64,000 nt of DNA from Chloroflexota bacterium (GTDB lineage: Bacteria > Bacteroidota > Ignavibacteria > Kapaibacteriales > UBA2268), in the NCBI GenBank assembly GCA_050260015.1, contig JBLNBN010000046.1:4699-68698 (forward strand), given 5' to 3'. Shown piece by piece: positions 49,877 to 57,670 of this stretch. The notes under the pieces were generated by a model that saw only the letters and a list, made by a program, of their open reading frames with translations, was not told where the DNA came from and searched no databases. Made by a program: the position numbers and the translations under genes. Every line of letters begins with the position of its first letter. Position 1 is the first letter of the stretch.

Positions 49877-50335
49877 ATGGCAAACACATATTCGCAAATA
49901 TTCATACATGTGATTATTTGCGTTCAGGATCGCGATAGAAGGATAACCCCTGAGTTAAATCCGTAGATTTGTAAGTATATTACTGGAATAGTCAGCCACA
50001 GAGGGAGCAAAGTTATATCAATATATGCAATGCCCGATCATCTCCACATTTTAATAAGTTTAAATCCGGATGAAGCTCTCTCAGAGCTGGTAAAAGAGAT
50101 TAAACGAAGTTTTACGCTCTATATAAACGATAACAACCAACTTCCGAGAAGATTTCAATGGCAAGCCGGCTATGCCGCTTTTTCCTATTCCAGATCGATG
50201 ATAAAAATTGTTAGCAAATATATCGAAAACCAAGAAAAACACCATAAAGTAAAGACTTTTAGGGAAGAGTATATCGAATTCTTAGAGAAGTTTGGAGTTG
50301 AATACGACTTAAAATATATATTTACAGAAAGTTAA
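49877..50335 (+). pseudogene. REP-associated tyrosine transposase (RAYT, IS200/IS605 TnpA-like) interrupted by an in-frame TAG at codon 30
   Basis: MANTYSQIFIHV...(TAG)...ICKYITGIV...MPDHLHILIS (HuH) ... QWQAGYAAFSYS (catalytic Tyr region). One frame, 152 codons. Low GC relative to the surroundings. Confidence 0.75.
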
Positions 50336-50735
50336 GATGTTCAACGCCTACGGCGTAGCATATCTCCGCTTGGTTCGATGTTACAGATGTATAACGCCTA
50401 CGGCGTAGTCAACAGTGGATATTTACCATCATCACGACATCAAAATCTAAAGTATTTAATATCGCTTCGCGGTTGAATAGCTGTGATATTGCGAAATAAA
50501 TATGAATTATATTCTGAAGGAATTCCGTGAAGATGTCCAACGCCTACGGCGTAGCATCTCACTGATTATTTCGTTGTTACAGATGTATAACGCCTACGGC
50601 GTAAAGATTGGAGCGACTCGAATGCAGTTCCGCCGAGCAAGCTTTTGAAACACCTAACGTACCGCGTTAGCGGTTCTACATCTGTAACAGTGGGCAGAAA
50701 CGGGCAAAGTACCCCGTAGGGGTTCAACTGATACG
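50336..50735. repeat. Cluster of REP-like hairpins mostly in inverted orientation (GTTCAA-CGCCTACGGCG-TA variants), then forward copies, downstream of the RAYT gene
   Basis: These are reverse complements of the left-hand REPs. Together they give a classic RAYT-flanking inverted REP arrangement. Confidence 0.75.
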
Positions 50736-50883
50736 GCATACTGCAAAACGACTCGGAAAAGTTCCACATGCTTTTACCGATTTCCAAAGTCCTTTGCCAC
50801 AGATTAATCCTTAACAATTAACCTTCCCTTTCTCCCCGTTTTTTCTTAATTTCGTTAATTACAAAAGAATTCAGGAACAAATT

Positions 50884-52119
50884 ATGAAACGTATTTACTC
50901 TTTCCTATTTGCCGCGATATTGCTTGCGCTTGCGGCCTGCAACGACGATAACGGCCCGGCTAACCCGGATTCCAACTCCGCCAAAATTACCTGGACCGAA
51001 AAAACTACGGAATTTATGGCCGACGAAGTAGATTCCTTTACCGAAGACTATAAGATGATCACGTTCAAGGAGACTTCCTCGAAAGCCAAAACGCTCAAGG
51101 CGGGAGATATAGTCTTCCTCTATGGAAAAGCTCTTAAAAAGGTAAAATCCGTTAGCCAGAACGGCGGGAGAACTGTCGTTACGACCGAATACTGCCGGCT
51201 GAACGAAGCGATCCGCGACGGCGAGATAAGCTGGAACCAGCCGCTGCGCTTTTCGAAAGAAATGGCCGGGGACGTTCAGATGATCCCCGCGCTGCCCGGC
51301 TCGAAAATCCTCGACGGCAACGAAGTGGAATTCACCTTCCCCGTCGGCAACGGCATGGAGGGCAAGATCAAGGTGGGACTGAACGGCGATAGGCTCGACG
51401 CTGACTGCGAAGTCACGAAAAAATCAGGCGCGTTCAACGTTAAGTACGCCTTCGAAGGCTACGCGCAGAACATGAAGACGCAGGGCAAGATAAAGTACGA
51501 GGGCGGGGAGCTGAAGGAATTCGGCTATACTAACAAGAACATCGAGGGCGAAGTAACCGTTTCGCTCACGGCGACGGGCTCCACCAAGGATTTGCTAAAC
51601 GGGATCGAATTGCCGTTCGCGTTGGTTAAGGTTCCCGTGGTTATTGGCGGCGTGCCCTGCACATTCAACTTAAAAGTACTTTTCGTGATCAACACGGAAA
51701 TGGCGTCGCTCGACGCGTCCGCTCACATCAAGACGAAATTCAAGTTTAACTCCGAAACCGGCGTCAAGTACGACGGCACGGACGTGGGCGTCGTCGGCGC
51801 GGCGGGCCCGTACAACATGGATTTCCTGAAGGACTCCTGCTGGGTGGGCAGCTCGACGGCCGCAGGAATTAACTTCGGCATTACCTTCCCCCGCTTCGAA
51901 TTAGCCCTGTTCGGCGAGGTGGTCGTCCCCTACGTACAGACGGCGTTCCTGATAGGCGGCGCGTTTACGGCCGGCACGAAGCCCTGCCTGAAGATCGACG
52001 CCTCGTATATCGGCGCCATCGGCTACGATTTCGACTTCCTGGGACTACTAAAATTCAGCGGCAAGAAGAACCTCTGGCAGTACGACAAAAATATAAAGAA
52101 GATCGGCGACTGCGACTAA
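50884..52119 (+). CDS. Hypothetical lipoprotein (411 aa), REP-flanked
   Basis: Lipobox LLALAAC. No recognisable catalytic motif. No T9SS tail. Confidence 0.55.
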   Translation: MKRIYSFLFAAILLALAACNDDNGPANPDSNSAKITWTEKTTEFMADEVDSFTEDYKMITFKETSSKAKTLKAGDIVFLYGKALKKVKSVSQNGGRTVVTTEYCRLNEAIRDGEISWNQPLRFSKEMAGDVQMIPALPGSKILDGNEVEFTFPVGNGMEGKIKVGLNGDRLDADCEVTKKSGAFNVKYAFEGYAQNMKTQGKIKYEGGELKEFGYTNKNIEGEVTVSLTATGSTKDLLNGIELPFALVKVPVVIGGVPCTFNLKVLFVINTEMASLDASAHIKTKFKFNSETGVKYDGTDVGVVGAAGPYNMDFLKDSCWVGSSTAAGINFGITFPRFELALFGEVVVPYVQTAFLIGGAFTAGTKPCLKIDASYIGAIGYDFDFLGLLKFSGKKNLWQYDKNIKKIGDCD

Positions 52120-52160
52120 GTAATGGTAAGGGATATGCCCCGCAGTGGGCGAAATAACAA

Positions 52161-52531
52161 ATGTCCAACGCCTATGGCGTAGAAAGCGGAGAGATATCAA
52201 CCGCATCGCTACATAAACTCGAATGAAGTTTTACCGCGAGGCGGTTGAACATCTGTAACAAGACGCTAAAACGCGGAAAGTACTCCGTAGGAGTTCAACA
52301 AAAATGAAGCCCAACGCTTACGGCATAGAAAGCGGAGAGATATCAACCACATCGCTACATAAACTCGAATGAATTTTTACCGCGTAGCGGTTGAACATCT
52401 GTAACAAGACGCTAAAACGCGGAAAGTACTCCGTAGGAGTTCAACAAAAATGAAGCCCAACGCCTACGGCGTAGTAAGCGGAGAGATATCAACCGCATCG
52501 CGACATAAACTCGAATGAAGTTTTACCGCTA
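52161..52531. repeat. Tandem array (about 2.5 copies, period 146 bp) of composite BIME-like units with three REP hairpins per unit
   Basis: Unit starts at about 52165, 52311 and 52457. Copies are nearly identical. Confidence 0.8.
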
Positions 52532-52565
52532 CATACGGCTATGCTCAATTTAATCAGTTTCAGCT

Positions 52566-53987
52566 TTATTGTTTGATAAAACGCTCGTAATGCTTGAACG
52601 CTCCGTCGCTAAACTCTAAATAATACGCTCCTGCGGCATAGGCGCTAACGTCCAATTTTATTTCGCCATCCTTATTCGTTTTTACGTTGTCAATCAATTT
52701 TCCGTCGTTTGACAATATTCGTATGTTAAATATTCTTTCTAACTCTGAATCGAATAAAATGTTTACCGTTTCTTCAACGGGGTTGGGGTATATTTTTACG
52801 CTGAAGCGGTTCGCTTCGGAACTAATATCGAAAACGCCTATATCGCTCTGCGTTATGGTCCACTCAACGTAGAAAATGTGTTCCACCGGGTGTGAATCGG
52901 AGCGTACCCAAGACGTGGTATCGTTAAGCTTAGCGATTAATTGATTTTGGCCTTTCTTTAAGGATCCGGCGGAAACGCTAACTGAATCAGAATGGGTTGT
53001 TAGAATATTGTCGTTTAAAGACCATTCCATTTTCAGCGTATTTGGTTGCGGCTTTAATAAGTCAATGGAAAAGCTGAGTGAATCTTTTAATTCCAATTCC
53101 GGTTCTAAAGGATAGTAATTCATGATTGGATTGACCAGGGAATGTATCCTTTCAACGATAGTTTCGCGGCAAACTGCGCAGAATTCGCGATTAAGGTTTT
53201 CCATTTCGCATACTCCCTCGGTAGGCTTGTACCAGTCATATCCAGGAAACTTATAAATACCAATGCCGGAGCCGAAGGGCAGCCAGTTTTTCCATTTGAT
53301 CGTAAGCGGGTTGTTGTTTTGAGTCATATTCGGCTTTTCATAGGCGTACTGCAATCCTGCCCAGTATTCGTCGGCAAGGTAGGCAAAAGTGTGCCCAATT
53401 TCATGCACGGCTATTTCGTTGCTTGCCAAGCTTAACGTTGCTGTCGCAACCCCGCCGCCGGAGCCGCCGTAGTGTTTGGAGTTGGCTAATAGGAAGACTA
53501 AATCGTAATTTGGAAAATTATCCGCTAACACGCCGGAAAGGGCCGAATAGTTGGTAGGACAAACAAGTCTATGTATGCCGGCGCAATCAAAAGTCGATCC
53601 ATAAAAATTTTCAGGATTTGAAAAAGGGTGCGTGGTATCTTGGGGATTGCAATCCTCGGCAGTTAAAGGATGCTTTACTCCGCTCTCAATTGAAGGCGTA
53701 TATATGCAGTAAACGTTAAAATAATTTTTATAGGATGAGAAGGGCGCCTTTTTGAAAAAGTAGTCTACGAAACTTTCCGCGTGGCTTTTGAAATCAATTA
53801 GTTCGGCTTCAGTATAACCATCGCCAAGAATAACTATGTTGATGAATTTTCCAGGATCTCCGTGGAAAACTAAAGTGTCCACATCAAATACTTCAGGTTT
53901 GGCGGGAATTGGCGAAAAGAACGTCATCGCAATTACCGCGATAGCAAAATAGATTATAATTGCCTTCATATGTATTCCCTTGTTCAT
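52566..53987 (-). CDS. M64-family (IgA-peptidase-like) zinc metalloprotease with T9SS C-terminal sorting domain; low-GC gene
   Basis: HEIGHTFAYLADEY zinc motif typical of the M64 family. C-terminal Por tail (KIYPNPVEETVNILF...). GC content is clearly below that of neighbouring core genes. Alternative start at 53969 (MKAIIIYF...). Confidence 0.7.
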   Translation of the reverse strand: MNKGIHMKAIIIYFAIAVIAMTFFSPIPAKPEVFDVDTLVFHGDPGKFINIVILGDGYTEAELIDFKSHAESFVDYFFKKAPFSSYKNYFNVYCIYTPSIESGVKHPLTAEDCNPQDTTHPFSNPENFYGSTFDCAGIHRLVCPTNYSALSGVLADNFPNYDLVFLLANSKHYGGSGGGVATATLSLASNEIAVHEIGHTFAYLADEYWAGLQYAYEKPNMTQNNNPLTIKWKNWLPFGSGIGIYKFPGYDWYKPTEGVCEMENLNREFCAVCRETIVERIHSLVNPIMNYYPLEPELELKDSLSFSIDLLKPQPNTLKMEWSLNDNILTTHSDSVSVSAGSLKKGQNQLIAKLNDTTSWVRSDSHPVEHIFYVEWTITQSDIGVFDISSEANRFSVKIYPNPVEETVNILFDSELERIFNIRILSNDGKLIDNVKTNKDGEIKLDVSAYAAGAYYLEFSDGAFKHYERFIKQ

Positions 53988-53991
53988 AGTT

Positions 53992-54531
53992 TTATCTAAG
54001 CTCTATCTTACTTAGTAATATGGCATTTCCTTTTGCGGCGGTTTCTTTAATAACCATACTTTTGGAATTTTTCATTTCTATGCGGATAAAGAACTCCGCA
54101 TCTTTAAGTATTACGGCTTTTGTAGTTAATTGAGAATTTTCATCGACGTATTCGAACGACTTGTAGAGGGGATGCTCAATGGAGAAAGAATCTATAAGCG
54201 CCGAATCGGAATCATAAATCATGAAAGTAAGATAGCTGCTATAATTTATAGGTTCCTCCGCCCCCGTTTTGATCTTTCCTGGCTTTTTATTTATAGAGAG
54301 AATATGCAATCGGCTTGCGGAGGCGAGCGAATCGCTTTCTATCTTCATTGTGATAAAGGCGACGCTATCGGGCAGAACCTGTTTAATCCCGTGAGCTTCC
54401 TCGCGAGTAATATTCGTTTTCCCGCAGGCCGACGCGCTTAGCGCAATAGCCAAGTAGAGTAAAAAAAGTTTTGGAAATACGTCTATAGCCCAGCGCATCT
54501 TCTTAAATCTAACAGTTGTTAAATGGTTCAA
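53992..54531 (-). CDS. Hypothetical lipoprotein (about 170 aa), low GC, co-oriented with the M64 peptidase gene
   Basis: Lipobox LSASAC. Likely start is the internal Met at 54498. Confidence 0.45.
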   Translation of the reverse strand: MNHLTTVRFKKMRWAIDVFPKLFLLYLAIALSASACGKTNITREEAHGIKQVLPDSVAFITMKIESDSLASASRLHILSINKKPGKIKTGAEEPINYSSYLTFMIYDSDSALIDSFSIEHPLYKSFEYVDENSQLTTKAVILKDAEFFIRIEMKNSKSMVIKETAAKGNAILLSKIELR

Positions 54532-54689
54532 GCAGCAAATATATGAAATAATGTATAATTTTGGTCATACGGTCACCCCTGCAAGGTCGATATTATTCTA
54601 TTGAGGTAAATATAATGTCGCCCCTCCGGGGCTTTAGTCGTTCTATAAGTTTCTTGACGTAAGCTTACGCTTACGGTTACGAATGATTC

Positions 54690-54850
54690 AACCCCTGCGG
54701 GGCAGAAATTTTAATTCTTAGAGACTTTCCACAGATTGCGTCGGCAATTTGCCTGAATCTTCAACCGCTTTAGCGGTTATATGCCAATAGCCATAAAAAT
54801 ATCTGAAGCGAACTCGAACGCCGTAGGTGTTAAATATTACCTGGAACTCG
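54690..54850. repeat. Degenerate REP-like hairpin copies in both orientations (TTCAACCCCTGCGGGG, TTCAACCGCTTTAGCGG, CGCCGTAGGTG) marking the right edge of the accessory island
   Basis: Sequence similarity to the REP variants at 49.4-50.7 kb. Confidence 0.55.
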
Positions 54851-54934
54851 CATTTTTCCTTCCCCCCTATCTCCTACTTTTTTCATACTATTACGCCGTT
54901 GCAAAAAAATAAGTAAAAAAAATATTTGTAAATC

Positions 54935-54976
54935 AGACAAGATTGTCTTAATTTTGAATCAGAACAAAATGTCTGA
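54935..54976. promoter_or_regulatory. Two adjacent palindromes sharing AGACA/TGTCT half-sites (AGACAAgaTTGTCT; TCAGAacaaaatgTCTGA), about 50-90 nt upstream of hcp
   Basis: Inverted repeats in the AT-rich hcp leader. Candidate operator for an HcpR/NsrR-type regulator. Confidence 0.35.
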
Positions 54977-55026
54977 ATAAAAATATGTTTTTCGTTTAAC
55001 TTAATTCAATTCAAAAAGGAAAGAAA

Positions 55027-56673
55027 ATGTTTTGTTATCAATGCGAACAGACTTCGCGCGGCACGGGTTGCAATAATTCGGTCGGCGTTTGCGGTAAGGA
55101 CGACTTAACGGCGTCAATGCAAGATTTGCTAGTTTACGCAGCCAAGGGACTTTCTATTTACGCCACGAGACTTCGCCGCGCCGGCATCGCGCGACGCGAA
55201 TTCGACGCCTTTGCGCTCGAAGCTCTTTTCACTACGGTTACCAACGTCAACTTCGACGCCGGGAAAGTTAAGGAAATGGTTCGCCGCGGCGCGGAACTGA
55301 TCGCCCAGGCGCGCAAGCTCTACGAGGATAATCTCCGCGAGAACGGGCTCGAGCCCGAGCGGCTCCCCGCCCCCGCTTATTTTGAGTTCATTGATAACGA
55401 CGCGCTGCTCGAAACCTTCGGGGCCAAGGCTTCGATCGAGACCCGCAAGCTCGAGGTAGGCGCGGACCAAGCCGGCGCCGAGGAGTTGGTTATTTATGGG
55501 TTAAAGGGCCTAGCGGCATACGCGGAGCACGCATACGTGTTGGGTTACGTCGACGAAGAAATTTTCGCAAGGATCCACTCCACGCTCGACTTCCTCTGCC
55601 ACCCGGCTAATACCCTGGAAGCTATCTTAGGAAAAGCCCTGGAAACCGGCGAATTGAACCTCGTAGTCATGGAACTGCTCGACCGCGCGAATACGACTTC
55701 CTACGGCCACCCGACGCCCACGAAAGTGCGAGTCACGCCGCTCGCGGGCAAGGCGATACTCGTCAGCGGGCACGACCTGCTCGATCTCGAGCATCTCCTA
55801 AAGCAGACGGAAGGCAAGGGAGTTAACATTTACACGCACGGCGAGATGCTCCCCGCGCACGGCTACCCGGAATTAAAGAAATACGCGCATCTCGTAGGCA
55901 ACTACGGCGGCGCATGGCAGGATCAGCAGATGGAATTCGAGCAGTTCCCGGGCGCGATCCTAATGACGACAAATTGCATCCAGAAGCCCCGCGAAAGCTA
56001 TAACGACCGTATCTTCACGAGCGGCTTAGTTGAATTCCCCGGCGTAGAGCATTGCGAAGCCCGCGACTTCTCGAAAGTAATCGAATGCGCTCTCGGCTGC
56101 GAAGGATTTACGGCGGACGAGGAAGAAAAGACTATCTTGACCGGCTTCGGCCGCAACGCCGTTCTCTCGGTTGCGGATAAGGTAGTCGACGCGGTAAAGA
56201 CCGGCGCTATCAAGCATTTTTACCTAATCGGCGGTTGCGACGGCGCGAAGAGCGGCAGAAACTACTATACCGACTTCGCACTTTCTGCCCCGAAGGACAG
56301 CGTAATCCTAACGTTAGCCTGCGGCAAGTTCCGTTTCAACAAATTTGAATTCGGCGAGATCGGCGGGCTGCCGCGCCTGATGGATATAGGGCAGTGCAAC
56401 GACGCATACTCGGCGATAGTAATCGCTTCGAAGCTCGCCGAGGCGTTCGGCACGGACGTCAACGGCTTGCCGCTTTCGCTAGTTCTCTCGTGGTACGAGC
56501 AAAAGGCCGTCGCCATACTATTGACGCTGCTGCATCTTGGCATAAAGAACATCAAGATCGGCCCGGCGCTTCCCGCGTTCCTCGAGCCGGGCATCGTGCA
56601 GATATTAGTGGACAATTACGGTTTGGCGCCCATCGGCACGGTAGAAAATGATTTAGTTTCAGAGCGCGCATAA
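55027..56673 (+). CDS. hcp: Hydroxylamine reductase / hybrid-cluster protein Hcp
   Basis: 548 aa. N-terminal MFCYQCEQTSRGTGC Cys cluster typical of Hcp. Confidence 0.9.
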   Translation: MFCYQCEQTSRGTGCNNSVGVCGKDDLTASMQDLLVYAAKGLSIYATRLRRAGIARREFDAFALEALFTTVTNVNFDAGKVKEMVRRGAELIAQARKLYEDNLRENGLEPERLPAPAYFEFIDNDALLETFGAKASIETRKLEVGADQAGAEELVIYGLKGLAAYAEHAYVLGYVDEEIFARIHSTLDFLCHPANTLEAILGKALETGELNLVVMELLDRANTTSYGHPTPTKVRVTPLAGKAILVSGHDLLDLEHLLKQTEGKGVNIYTHGEMLPAHGYPELKKYAHLVGNYGGAWQDQQMEFEQFPGAILMTTNCIQKPRESYNDRIFTSGLVEFPGVEHCEARDFSKVIECALGCEGFTADEEEKTILTGFGRNAVLSVADKVVDAVKTGAIKHFYLIGGCDGAKSGRNYYTDFALSAPKDSVILTLACGKFRFNKFEFGEIGGLPRLMDIGQCNDAYSAIVIASKLAEAFGTDVNGLPLSLVLSWYEQKAVAILLTLLHLGIKNIKIGPALPAFLEPGIVQILVDNYGLAPIGTVENDLVSERA

Positions 56674-56698
56674 AGCCCTCCGAGTAATAATCTAACCG

Positions 56699-56742
56699 CC
56701 GGCGCCGCCCTCTTCGCAGAGGCGGCGCCGGTTTCTTTTTTG
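56699..56742 (+). terminator. Rho-independent terminator (CCGGCGCCGCC(C)TC-TTCGCA-GAGGCGGCGCCGG + TTTCTTTTTT)
   Basis: 13-bp GC stem with one bulge, followed by a T run, after hcp. Confidence 0.7.
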
Positions 56743-56807
56743 CAATATTCCAACGGGTTATGAGTTTATTCTAATGGTTCTGTTCAATTATTTAAGAACG
56801 CATCGAT

Positions 56808-57449
56808 ATGGCTACAGAAATCTTAAATCTCCACCCAGAAACTCCCGAATTAAGGAAAATAAGCAAAGTCGCAGACTTTTTACGCGACGGCGGAGTTATT
56901 CTTTACCCGGCCGATACGGGATTTTGCCTTGGGTGCAATTTATCCAATAAAGAAGCGATCGCACGCATTCGCAGCATTAGAAGGCTGCCGGAGAACAAGG
57001 AAATGACTTTCCTGTGCGATACGCTTTCCAACATTGCAGAATTTGCAAAGGTGTCCAATTCCGCATATAAAACAATAAAAAGGCTCATACCGGGCCCATT
57101 TACTTTTATATTGCCGGCTTCGAAGCAAGTGCCTAAGTTCGCCCAAAATCCAAGGCGGAACACAGCCGGGATACGCGTGCCGGAAAACGTGCTGGCGCAG
57201 CTCCTGCTGAAGGAACTGGAAACCCCGATGATCTCCATCTCGGCCGTTCCGAGGGAAGAAATGATGGGCTCCGATCCTGATGAAATTATCCGCAGGCTGG
57301 CGCCCCAAGTAGATATTGCCGTAAGCTCGAGCATATACGACTTTGCGGGTCCCTCGACGGTCATCGATATGACCGACGAAGAATTCAAGGTAATCCGCGC
57401 GGGCGCCGAAGCGGAGTTCGCTCAATCCATGCTTCCCGAAGCCGTATAA
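56808..57449 (+). CDS. tsaC: L-threonylcarbamoyladenylate synthase (YrdC/TsaC domain protein)
   Basis: 213 aa. YrdC-family fold signature (YPADTGFCLGCN, IRSIRRLPENK). Confidence 0.75.
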   Translation: MATEILNLHPETPELRKISKVADFLRDGGVILYPADTGFCLGCNLSNKEAIARIRSIRRLPENKEMTFLCDTLSNIAEFAKVSNSAYKTIKRLIPGPFTFILPASKQVPKFAQNPRRNTAGIRVPENVLAQLLLKELETPMISISAVPREEMMGSDPDEIIRRLAPQVDIAVSSSIYDFAGPSTVIDMTDEEFKVIRAGAEAEFAQSMLPEAV

Positions 57450-57670
57450 TTAATCTTCAATTCGCCGAAAGGCGGCGCGCAGGCCTGCCCAGTCCCCGCG
57501 GCGGCCTGCGCCGCTTCCTTCGGCCGACTCCGTACTAAGCTATAGAATTTACGAGCGCCAATAATATCATGCCTTAACCGCTTTTTTCTTAATTTTGTAC
57601 TTGCCGCAGGTTAGCTTTTACAATGCGGCAGGGGAGCTATTTTATAAATCAGATAAATCAGGTGATATAA

